From Gemmata obscuriglobus (GTDB lineage: Bacteria > Planctomycetota > Planctomycetia > Gemmatales > Gemmataceae): a stretch of 32,000 nucleotides of DNA. The notes below the pieces were generated by a model. The model made no database searches. It was given only the letters and a program-made list of their open reading frames with translations, and had not been told where the DNA came from. The translations under genes were made by a program, and so were the position numbers. Below are positions 7,485-15,997 of the stretch, one piece after another. The stretch spans positions 2,310,001 to 2,342,000 of the forward strand of contig NZ_CP042911.1 of the NCBI RefSeq assembly GCF_008065095.1, in the 5' to 3' direction. Every line of letters begins with the position of its first letter. The stretch's first letter is position 1.

Positions 7485-8873
7485 TCACCCCCGCGGGTAG
7501 GGCACCGTGAGCACACGGTTTCCGCCGGGGTTCAGCAGCACCACGCCGGCCCCGTCCGGCCACGTCACGGTCACACGCTCCGCGGCGGTCGCGTCCCCCA
7601 ACCCGAAGTGGGCGACCGGTTCCATCTGACACAGGTAGCCGCTCCCGCCGCAAATCCCCTTCACCCGCACGCGGCCGGCGTACTCCGCACGCACCACCGC
7701 CCCGCGTGCCGGCGCCCCGAACCGCGTTAACGGCCGCACCCGCAGCCAGTTCGGGTGCGCCGCCCGGGCTTTGAACACGCCCAACGGCTGTGCGGCCTTT
7801 TCGCCGCGTGAAACGAGCAGTTCCAGCACCCCGTCCCCGTCGACGTCGGCAACGGCCGCCCCGGTGCCGTACCCGTCGGGGTCCAGCGCGGCACCGGCAT
7901 CGAGCATCGTTACGCCGAACGCCGGTCCGGGGCCGGGGGGGGGGCCCGCTCCCGCCACCCGGAACACGCGGTTCGGCTCGCACAGGTGGTTCAGGAAGAT
8001 CTCGTCGTTGCCGTCGTTATCGAAATCGGCCGCGAGCACCGTGCGCACCGCCGACGGGAACGCGAACCCGGGCGTGGCGAAATCCTTCCAGCCGTCGCCG
8101 GCCCGTGCCATCAAACGGTGTGGGCCGTCCCAGTTGCCCCACGCGAGGCCGAACTCGCCACCGGCGTCGAACGCGGTGAGTCCGCGGGCGTGCTCTTCGC
8201 AGTCGCGCAACCGGAGCGGCGACGCGAGCTCCTCGAAAGTGCCGCCGCCCAGGTTGCGGAAGGCGAAGTTGGGGCCGCGCTCGTTCGCACAGAAGAGATC
8301 GACGTGGGGGCCGAAGAGGGGCAGCGCTAGCACGCCGCGCCCGCCCCCGGTGCGCGCCAGCCCCAGGGCCGGCGCGAGATCGACCAGCGTGCCGGCCGGG
8401 TTCAACTCGTACAGACGCATCGGCTGGCCGTGGTTCGCCACGAAAAACCCGTACCGACCCACCCCCCGCCGGTCCAGGACCGCGACGCTCCGGCCCGACG
8501 ACAGGTTCCGCGCCGCGCGGTTCGCGGGCCGGTCGAACAGGTCCTCCCAGGTGCCGTCCGGGCCGCGCTTGAACAGTCGGTCCGCGACCCTCTTGGCTCC
8601 GGAGAACGAGTCGCAGTTGAGGACGTATAACTCCTCCCGCCCGTCGCCGTCGAGGTCGCCGGCTGCGACCCCCACCGCGGGCGCGTCCGGGTCGGCCAGT
8701 TCCGCCGGCGCGGCGTCTCGCAGCGCCCCTCCGGACCACGACAGCACCCGATTCGGCCCCGCGAACCCCGCGACGACGAAGGAGAACCGTCCGCGGTCGA
8801 GGTCCGCCACGGCTGCGCCGTAGTGGAACCCCGGCGGGTTGTCGGCGATCAGGTGAGACACGTCCTCGAACAT
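7485..8873 (-). CDS. CRTAC1-family protein (FG-GAP/VCBS repeats plus ASPIC/UnbV C-terminal domain)
   Basis: FG-GAP-type Ca-binding repeats are present: AAGDLDGDGREELYV, LAADFDNDGNDEIFL, AVADVDGDGVLELLV. The C-terminal pattern is UnbV_ASPIC-like: NWLRVRP..GA.V......R....I.GGSGYLCQMEPVAHFGLG. The start was chosen at ATG 8873 (MFEDV); an alternative GTG is at 8885. Confidence 0.75.
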   Translation of the reverse strand: MFEDVSHLIADNPPGFHYGAAVADLDRGRFSFVVAGFAGPNRVLSWSGGALRDAAPAELADPDAPAVGVAAGDLDGDGREELYVLNCDSFSGAKRVADRLFKRGPDGTWEDLFDRPANRAARNLSSGRSVAVLDRRGVGRYGFFVANHGQPMRLYELNPAGTLVDLAPALGLARTGGGRGVLALPLFGPHVDLFCANERGPNFAFRNLGGGTFEELASPLRLRDCEEHARGLTAFDAGGEFGLAWGNWDGPHRLMARAGDGWKDFATPGFAFPSAVRTVLAADFDNDGNDEIFLNHLCEPNRVFRVAGAGPPPGPGPAFGVTMLDAGAALDPDGYGTGAAVADVDGDGVLELLVSRGEKAAQPLGVFKARAAHPNWLRVRPLTRFGAPARGAVVRAEYAGRVRVKGICGGSGYLCQMEPVAHFGLGDATAAERVTVTWPDGAGVVLLNPGGNRVLTVPYPRG

Positions 8874-9097
8874 CGGAACCCGCACGACGGAGTACGCAAC
8901 ACTTGTAACCGTAACTCATGAACTGCAAAGCGCAAGCGGGAAACGGTTTCTGGGGCCAACTGCGCCGAGCCGTTCGGCCGACCGTCCCGTCGCCGGGGCC
9001 GGCCGGCTCGCTAAGACATGAGAACCTCTCCCGGCCCTCCGCGACGGCTCGCGGTTCGGTACACTTCTCAGCACGCACCAGTCGGGAGATTGTTTCA

Positions 9098-12000
9098 ATG
9101 ACCCGCACCCTCGCCTTGCTGGCCGCACTCGCGGCGCCGGCGGCCGCTCGCGCACAGGCGCTGCAGACGGTCGCGGAGAAGACCGATTACAAGGCCACCT
9201 CGCGCGGCGCGGACGTGGTGGCCTTCTGCGAGGCGGTCGCGAAGCGCGGCCCGGTCGCGCGGCTCGACTACTTCGGCGCCTCGCACGAGGGCCGCAAGCT
9301 GCCGTACCTCGTGCTGTCCCACGAGCGGATCGCGACGCCCGAGGACGCGAAGAAGTCGGGCAAGCTGGTCGCGCTGGCGTTCGCCAACATTCACGCCGGC
9401 GAGGTGGACGGCAAAGAGGCGCTACTCGCTCTCGCCCGCGACCTCACGGACCGCACCGACCACCCGCTGCTGAAGAACCTGGTGCTCGTGCTCGTCCCGA
9501 ACCTGAACGCCGACGGGAACGAGAAGATCGACCCCAAGAACCGCCTGGGCGACAACGGCCCCATTGAGGGCGCCGGCACCCGGGCCAACGCGCAGAAGCT
9601 CGACCTGAACCGGGACTTCGTGAAGCTGGAGTCGCCCGAGATCCGGGCGCTCATCAAGCTGGTGAACGAATGGAACCCGGCGGTGGTGATCGATTGTCAC
9701 ACCACCAACGGCAGCAAGCACCGGTTCAAGCTCACCTACGACGGCCCGCGCTACCCCTCGTCGTCCGACCTCGCGAAGTGGGCCGACGGCACCCTCTTCC
9801 CGGAAGTGACGAAGAAGGTGAAGGACGCGACCGGGTTCGACATCGCGCCCTACGGCAACTTCAGTCCCGACCGCACCCGCTGGGAGACGTACCCGGCCAC
9901 GCCGCGGTACAGCATCCAGTACTTCGCGCTGTGCGGGCGGCTCGGCATCCTGAGCGAGTCCTACAGTTACGCCACGTTCAAGGAGCGCATCGATGCGACG
10001 CGGGCGTTCGTGACCGCGTGCCTGGAGGTGGTGGCCGAGAACCGCAAGGGCGTGGCGAAACTCGTCGCGCTCGAAAAGCCCGCCCGGGTCGCCGTGCGGA
10101 CGAAGACCGAGGCGTTCCCGGAAAAGTTGCAGGTTCTGGGCTTCGAGGAAATCGAGAAGGACGGTAAGCGCGTCGTGACGGCCGCGCACAAAGCGTACCA
10201 CCTCGACTACGCCGGCCGCGTGGCACCGACCGAGTTCGCGGACCTGCCGTTCGCGTACCTCGTGCCCGCGGACTGCACCGCGGCGGTCGAGACGCTCCAG
10301 CGGCACGGCATTCAGGTCGAAGAGCTGCGCGAGGACGTGGACCTGGACGCGGAGCGCATGCTGGTCACGAGCGTCGAGAAGGCGGGCCAATCGCAGTCCG
10401 CGACCGTGACCAGTGTGGTCGGACGGTGGGACCGCGAGACGCACCGGGTTCCGGCCGGCACGATCGTCGTGAAGACGGGACAACCGCTCGGCGCGCTGGC
10501 CGGGTACCTGCTCGACCCGCGCTCCGAGGACGGCCTGACCACCTGGGGGCAACTGCCGGTCGGCGGCACCCAGACGCACTTCCCGGTGCTGCGCCTCCCC
10601 GCTGCCGTTCCGCTCGCCCTGGGCGCCGCGCCGAAGCTCCCCGAAGCCCGCCGCACGAACCAGCCGATCACCGACGCTCAACTGACCGGGCGCGGTGGGA
10701 TGTCCGCGTTCGGGTTCTCCGGCACGCCGCTCACCACCGGGGCGTGGATCGACGGTGAACACTTCTTACAGGTCAAGGACGGGGTGCTTCTGAAGGTGAA
10801 GGCGCGGACGGGCAAGGGGGAGCCGTTCACCGACCCGGCGAAGATCAAGAGCTCGCTCGACGCGATCAAAGGACTCGACAACGCCACCCGCGACCGGCTC
10901 GCGAAGGGTACCTCGTTCCGCACCAGCCCGGACCGGGCCGCGTTCCTGTTCGACATCGGGCCGGACATCGGTATCGGGTACTTCGACGGCAACCCGGGGG
11001 CGCGGCTCACCAAGAGCGACGGCGCGAAGGAGCACGTGACGTTCTCTCCGGACGGGAAGCGGGTGGCGTTCGTTCGCGGTGCGAACCTCTTCGCCGTGAG
11101 TGTGGAGAAGCCGCTCGAAGAGCACAAACTCACCGCCGACGGCGGCGGCGAGGTGTTCAACGCCAAAGGCGACTGGGTGTATGAGGAGGAGATCTTCAAC
11201 CGTAACGGGAAGGCCTACTGGTGGTCGCCGGACGGAAAACAGCTCGCGTTCCTGCGGTTCGACGACGCCCCGGTGAAGAAGTTCAACCTCGTGGACCTGC
11301 AACCGGTCGGCGGCCGTCTGGAGAGCTACGCGTACCCGAAGCCCGGCGACCCGAACCCGCTGGTGAAGGTCGGTGTGGTGAGTGCCGACGGCGGGAAACC
11401 GACCTTCCTCGACCTGGGCGGCTACAAACCCGAAGAGACGCTGATCTCCCGCGTGGGTTGGGTCGGCAAGTCGGGCACGGTGTTCGCCTACGTCCAGAAC
11501 CGCACGCAGACGTGGCTCGACTTCGTGGTGTGGGACTCGCCGACCGCGAAACCCAAAACCCTTTTCCGCGAGACGACGCAGGCGTGGGTGGACGACGCGG
11601 GCGAGCCGCGCTGGCTGCCGGACGGCACCTTCCTGTTCCTCAGCGAGCGGACCGGCTGGAAGCACCTGTATCACTACTCCGCCGAGGGTAAACTGCTCGC
11701 GGCGGTCACCCAGGGCGACTGGGAGGTGAAAGACGTTCTGCGCGTGGACGCGAAGGAGAAAACGGTCTACTTCAGCGCGGCGCTCACCAGCCCCACCGGC
11801 ACCGACCTGTGCCGCGTGACGTTCGGCTCCGACACCGAACTGCTCACGGAGAAGGGCAAAACGCACCGCGTTTCGCTCGCACTGGAGGGGGAACTCTTCG
11901 TGGACCGGTTCAGCGACCCGATGACGCCGACCCAGTCGAACCTGTACGAGGTGGGGAAGGGCGTGGTGCGCAAGCTCGACACCAACCCGGTGCGCGAGCG

Positions 12001-12772
12001 CAACGAGTTTAAGTTCGGCAAGTACGAGCGGGTGAAGATCACGCTGAAGGACGGGTTCGTGCTGGAAGGCGCGATCACCTACCCGCCGGACTTCGACCCG
12101 AAGAAGAAGTACCCGGTCTGGCTGTTCACCTACGCCGGGCCGCACAGCCCCACGCTGCGCGACGAGTTCGGCGGCGGGCGCGTCATGGAGCAGTCCCTCG
12201 GTACCTCCGGCATCATCACCTTTCGGGTAGACCCCCGGAGCGCGAGCGGGAAGGGGGCGAAGTCCGCGTGGGCGTGCTACAAGCAACTCGGCGTGCAGGA
12301 ACTCAAGGACCTGGAAGAGGCGGTGGCGTGGCTCGCGGAGAAGCCGTACATCGACGCCAAGCGGGTCGGCATCAGCGGGCACAGCTACGGCGGGTTCATG
12401 GCCGCGTACGCGCTGACCCACTCCAAAACCTTCAGCGCGGGGATCGCATCGGGGCCGGTGACGGACTGGAAGCTGTACGATTCTATCTACACCGAGCGCT
12501 ACATGCTCACCCCGAAGGAGAACCCGGAGGGGTACGCGAAATCGAGTTGTGTGGCCGCGGCGAAGAACCTTGCCGGGAAGCTCCTCATCGTTCACGGGAT
12601 GATGGACGACAACGTCCACATGCAGAACAGCGTGCAACTTGTGGACGCGCTTCAGCGGGCCGGGAAGGACTTCGAGCTGATGCTGTACCCGCAAGCCCGG
12701 CACGGGATCGGCGGCGGGCACTACTCGCGGCTGCAACTCGACTTCATTCGCCGAGCGATGAAGGAGAAGTAA
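9098..12772 (+). CDS. Secreted fusion protein: N-terminal M14 zinc carboxypeptidase domain plus C-terminal S9B dipeptidyl-peptidase IV domain
   Basis: Starts at ATG 9098, preceded by GGGAG, with the signal peptide MTRTLALLAALAAPAAARAQA. M14 motifs: HAGE (9392..9403), NADGNE, DLNRDF, DCHTTNGS. DPP4 motifs: DWVYEEEIF, YWWSPDGKQLAFLRFDD, GHSYGG (Ser codon 12383..12385), HGMMDDNVH, ARHGI. Confidence 0.85.
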   Translation: MTRTLALLAALAAPAAARAQALQTVAEKTDYKATSRGADVVAFCEAVAKRGPVARLDYFGASHEGRKLPYLVLSHERIATPEDAKKSGKLVALAFANIHAGEVDGKEALLALARDLTDRTDHPLLKNLVLVLVPNLNADGNEKIDPKNRLGDNGPIEGAGTRANAQKLDLNRDFVKLESPEIRALIKLVNEWNPAVVIDCHTTNGSKHRFKLTYDGPRYPSSSDLAKWADGTLFPEVTKKVKDATGFDIAPYGNFSPDRTRWETYPATPRYSIQYFALCGRLGILSESYSYATFKERIDATRAFVTACLEVVAENRKGVAKLVALEKPARVAVRTKTEAFPEKLQVLGFEEIEKDGKRVVTAAHKAYHLDYAGRVAPTEFADLPFAYLVPADCTAAVETLQRHGIQVEELREDVDLDAERMLVTSVEKAGQSQSATVTSVVGRWDRETHRVPAGTIVVKTGQPLGALAGYLLDPRSEDGLTTWGQLPVGGTQTHFPVLRLPAAVPLALGAAPKLPEARRTNQPITDAQLTGRGGMSAFGFSGTPLTTGAWIDGEHFLQVKDGVLLKVKARTGKGEPFTDPAKIKSSLDAIKGLDNATRDRLAKGTSFRTSPDRAAFLFDIGPDIGIGYFDGNPGARLTKSDGAKEHVTFSPDGKRVAFVRGANLFAVSVEKPLEEHKLTADGGGEVFNAKGDWVYEEEIFNRNGKAYWWSPDGKQLAFLRFDDAPVKKFNLVDLQPVGGRLESYAYPKPGDPNPLVKVGVVSADGGKPTFLDLGGYKPEETLISRVGWVGKSGTVFAYVQNRTQTWLDFVVWDSPTAKPKTLFRETTQAWVDDAGEPRWLPDGTFLFLSERTGWKHLYHYSAEGKLLAAVTQGDWEVKDVLRVDAKEKTVYFSAALTSPTGTDLCRVTFGSDTELLTEKGKTHRVSLALEGELFVDRFSDPMTPTQSNLYEVGKGVVRKLDTNPVRERNEFKFGKYERVKITLKDGFVLEGAITYPPDFDPKKKYPVWLFTYAGPHSPTLRDEFGGGRVMEQSLGTSGIITFRVDPRSASGKGAKSAWACYKQLGVQELKDLEEAVAWLAEKPYIDAKRVGISGHSYGGFMAAYALTHSKTFSAGIASGPVTDWKLYDSIYTERYMLTPKENPEGYAKSSCVAAAKNLAGKLLIVHGMMDDNVHMQNSVQLVDALQRAGKDFELMLYPQARHGIGGGHYSRLQLDFIRRAMKEK

Positions 12773-13052
12773 AGTCGGTAGTTTAGGTCGCATGGGCATG
12801 GGGTAGGTGGTTCGGGTAGTCGGCGGGTCGCGTGTTGAACCATGCGGGCCGCCGGCGCTCCCGCGCCAAGCGATCTCGGACAGGTGCTTGGTTCGGTCCG
12901 GTTGGCTGAAGGCGGGCACTTCGCGCGTGGCTGCCACATCCGCGCAAGTCGTTGGGGCGAAACGCCGCGGCGACTGAACCGCGAATAAGTGAAGACAGAG
13001 GGCCGCCGGCGCACATGCAACCGGTAAGGAAACCGTGCGCAGGGAGGAAGCC

Positions 13053-15857
13053 ATGAGGGTAAGCCAAACTGTCTCGTTGGGCCGGGCGGTCGTGGGGGCG
13101 GGGGGCGGGACAGACACCGACCGCGAGTTACTCCGCCGGTTTGCGCGCGACGGCGACCAAACGGCGTTTGAGGCGCTCGTGAGGCGACACGCCGGCATGG
13201 TGCTGGGCGTGTGCCGTCGGTCGCTGCCGACCGTTCAGGACGCCGAAGACGCGTGCCAGGCGACGTTTGTGGTGCTGGCCCGCCGTGCCGCCGCCGTCCG
13301 GTGGAGCGAGTCGGTCGCGAGTTGGCTGTACACCACCGCCCGCCTGGTCGCGCGGAACGCTCGCGTTGCGGCCGCCCGGCGGGTCGAGCGTGAGGCCCGG
13401 GCGGCGGTGCCGGAGGTGGTCGAGCCAGTCGACCGGGTGACCGGGCGCGAGATGTTGGCGGCCCTCGACGCGGCGATCGATCGGTTGCCGCCGGCGTACC
13501 GCGAGCCGCTGGTACTGTGTTACCTAGAGGGGCTGACGCACGATGAGGCGGCGGCCCGGCTGGGCGTGCCGCGGGGCACGGTCGGCACACGGGTGGACCG
13601 CGGGCGAAAGCGGTTGCACGCGGCGCTGGTGCGGGCCGGGCTCGCGCCGACCGCCGGGTTACTGGCTCTCGCGGTCGCGAACCCGGCGTCGGCGCGGCTG
13701 GTCGGGCTGGCCCTCGCGGCGGTGGCGGGGCCGGTGCCGGTCGCGGTCGCGGAGCTGGCGAACGGAATCGCCACGACCGGAACGGCGAAGTCGCTGGTGT
13801 GTGCGCTCGTGGCGTTGGCGTGCGCCTGCGCGCTGGCCGCCGGGCTGGCGTCGGTGGCACCATCGCGTGGGGGCGTGGCCCGACCGACCGCGGCGAAGGG
13901 GGAACCGCCTGTGGTGGCGCCTTCGGCGGCGCGAGTTGAGATCAAGGGGCGGGTGGTCGACGCGAACGACAAACCGCTGCCAGGGGCGAAGCTGTTCCTG
14001 CACTTGGGGCACACGATAGTGCCGGCGCAGCAGGTGGCTGCGGGCGACGACGGCCGCTTCCTGTTCACAATCTCGGGTGACACATTGCCCTTGCTGCTTG
14101 CCACTGCGCCTGGGCAGGGGGTGGGGCGGTGGCCCCTGAACGGGCGCCCGGTGGCGGAGTTCACGCTCCGGCTGACCCCAGACGAGCCGGTCCGCGGGCG
14201 TGTCGTGGACCCGGAGGGCAAACCGGTCGCTGGCGTGTCGGTGTCGGCCCGCGCGCTGTACATGTACCACGGTGAGAAGGATTTCGATCGCTGGTTGAAG
14301 GCGGCACGCGACCCGGATTGTAAGGAGGTGGCGAGAGGCGGTGAGCCGATCTACGGCACAGAGCGTGGATTCACCGGACCGATCGAGCCGGCCACTTCCG
14401 ACCGCGACGGCCGGTTCGAGCTTCGCGGCATCGGCCGCGACCGGGTCGTGGTCCTCCGTGCCTCCAGCCCTACCACCGCCACGCACGAACTGACCGTGGT
14501 GACGCGGAAGGTCGAGCGGTTCACCGCCCGCGCCGACACTGCCATCACCGGCAGCGCAGAGGAGGTCCACGGGTGCGAGCCGGTGGTGGTGGCCGCGCCG
14601 GTGCCGGTCACCACCGGTCGGGTGCTCGACGACGCCACCGGCGAGCCCGTCCCGGGTACCGTGCTGCGGGTCGGTGGGCTGCACGGTTCGTCGAGGCTGG
14701 CGGAACTGATCGCGGTTGCGGGCCGGGACGGGACGTTCGTGCTGCCCGGGCTGCCGCCGGGCGGGCGGCCGCACGCGTTCGTCCTCCCGCCGGGCGACAC
14801 TTTATATCACGCACTCAAGGTGAGCGTCCCCGACGAGCCCGCCGGCCGCGCCGGTTTCGACATCAAGCTGACTCGTGGCGTGCCGGTCACGGTGAAGGTC
14901 GTTGATAAGGTGACCCGCGCGCCGGTAGAGTCGCAGCTCCGGTACGGCGTGTTTCCGGGCGACAATCCGAACCAGAAAGCGGTGCCGAACGTGCGCCACT
15001 TTCACCAGACCGAGCACCCGCGTCGGCCGTACATCTCGTACGAGTCGGAGTTCCGTATCGTCGCATTCCCCGGCAAAGGGATGCTGGCCGTGCAGGTCCC
15101 GGAAGTCGGCGCGTTCGGCGGCGCGTACCTCTGCGGGGTCGGGGCCGGGACGTTCGAGAAGCACCGGCGGGGCGACGAGTTGGTCGGCACGACCGGGGTG
15201 AGCAGAACCTCCGTCCGGGACTGGCACACGTTCGCCGAGATCGACGTGCCGGCCGACGCGAAGTCGTTCGCGGTCACGCTCGAACTGGACCGCGGGTTGA
15301 CGGCGCCGGTCCGGCTGATCGACGCCGACGGGCGACCGGTCGCCGGGGCCGAGAGTTACGGGCTGGTCCACCCGGCCGGGGGCGCGCGGTGGTCCCGGCC
15401 GCTGGCCGACGCGACGCCGACCGCGGTCGCCCTGCGCGCCGGCGAGCAGCGGCGGGTGATGTTCGTGCACACTGACCGCAAACTGGCCGGGTCCGCGGTC
15501 GTGGTCGGCGGGGCGAAGGACCCGGTCGAGGTGCGAATGGTCCCGTGGGGTGAAGTCAAGGGGCGCATCGTGAACGCCGACGGTAAGCCGGTCGACGTCC
15601 GCCTCGATCTCTCTACCGACTTCGTTCGCAAACCAGATCTCAAGTTCGGGTCGACGCCCATCTGGAACCCGGCGATTGCGGGTGTCTACACTGGCGAGGA
15701 CGGGTGCTTCCGCATCACTGGCTTGGTACCCGGCTTGACGTACCGGTGGGGCGTCAACGGGTGGACGGTCGACGCGGCTACGTCCACGGACACGGTCGCG
15801 AAAGGCGGCGAGACGATCGACCTCGGCGAGATCGTGGTGCGCCCCGAACAGCCGTGA
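13053..15857 (+). CDS. ECF (group IV) sigma-70 factor fused to a transmembrane helix and about six carboxypeptidase-regulatory-like beta-sandwich repeats
   Basis: ATG 13053 follows AGGGAGGAAG. Region 2: DQTAFEALVRRHAGMVLGVCRR..DAEDACQATF. Region 4: YREPLVLCYLEGLTHDEAAARLGVPRGTVGTRVDRGRKRL. Transmembrane segment: LVCALVALACACALAAGLASV. Repeats include GRVVDANDKPLPGA, GRVVDPEGKPVAGV, GRVLDDATGEPVPGT, VRLIDADGRPVAGA and GRIVNADGKPV. Confidence 0.8.
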   Translation: MRVSQTVSLGRAVVGAGGGTDTDRELLRRFARDGDQTAFEALVRRHAGMVLGVCRRSLPTVQDAEDACQATFVVLARRAAAVRWSESVASWLYTTARLVARNARVAAARRVEREARAAVPEVVEPVDRVTGREMLAALDAAIDRLPPAYREPLVLCYLEGLTHDEAAARLGVPRGTVGTRVDRGRKRLHAALVRAGLAPTAGLLALAVANPASARLVGLALAAVAGPVPVAVAELANGIATTGTAKSLVCALVALACACALAAGLASVAPSRGGVARPTAAKGEPPVVAPSAARVEIKGRVVDANDKPLPGAKLFLHLGHTIVPAQQVAAGDDGRFLFTISGDTLPLLLATAPGQGVGRWPLNGRPVAEFTLRLTPDEPVRGRVVDPEGKPVAGVSVSARALYMYHGEKDFDRWLKAARDPDCKEVARGGEPIYGTERGFTGPIEPATSDRDGRFELRGIGRDRVVVLRASSPTTATHELTVVTRKVERFTARADTAITGSAEEVHGCEPVVVAAPVPVTTGRVLDDATGEPVPGTVLRVGGLHGSSRLAELIAVAGRDGTFVLPGLPPGGRPHAFVLPPGDTLYHALKVSVPDEPAGRAGFDIKLTRGVPVTVKVVDKVTRAPVESQLRYGVFPGDNPNQKAVPNVRHFHQTEHPRRPYISYESEFRIVAFPGKGMLAVQVPEVGAFGGAYLCGVGAGTFEKHRRGDELVGTTGVSRTSVRDWHTFAEIDVPADAKSFAVTLELDRGLTAPVRLIDADGRPVAGAESYGLVHPAGGARWSRPLADATPTAVALRAGEQRRVMFVHTDRKLAGSAVVVGGAKDPVEVRMVPWGEVKGRIVNADGKPVDVRLDLSTDFVRKPDLKFGSTPIWNPAIAGVYTGEDGCFRITGLVPGLTYRWGVNGWTVDAATSTDTVAKGGETIDLGEIVVRPEQP

Positions 15858-15901
15858 GGTGGTCGCGCAAAAAAACGCGCTTGCGCTGAAAACGTTTTAC
15901 G

Positions 15902-15965
15902 CGTGGCGCCGGGGACGGCCCCTCGGCCCTCTCTAGGAGACCGGGGGGCCGTTCCCGGCGCCACG
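15902..15965. terminator. Bidirectional hairpin between convergent genes
   Basis: 21-bp inverted repeat with one mismatch: cgtggcgccggggacggcccc (15902..15922) pairs with ggggccgttcccggcgccacg (15945..15965). It lies between the stop of the sigma gene (15857) and the stop of the Clp-like gene (15998). The smaller palindrome aaaacgtttt lies just upstream. Confidence 0.55.
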
Positions 15966-15997
15966 TTCGTCAGTGAATCCCGCGCACTGTGCGGTGT

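Noticed and set aside
8918-9097. Upstream extension of the peptidase ORF
   Set aside because: The ATG at 9098 is preceded by GGGAG and begins a textbook signal peptide. The 60 extra residues look non-coding. Similar trimming was applied to ORFs 27046 (start 27478), 4702 (start 4630), 5977 (start 5470), 31414 (start 31285), 2417 (start 2261), 2254 (start 2344), 21831 (start 21792) and 25579 (start 25468).
10766-13198. 810-aa minus-strand ORF overlapping the peptidase fusion gene and the intergenic region
   Set aside because: It is an Arg/Pro/His-rich low-complexity translation with no domain signatures. The plus strand encodes unmistakable M14 and DPP4 motifs. Other antisense or off-frame ORFs were likewise rejected: 2035..3438, 7117..7983, 8017..9108, 9422..10762, 12721..13863, 13659..14774, 20120..21325 and 22029..23063.
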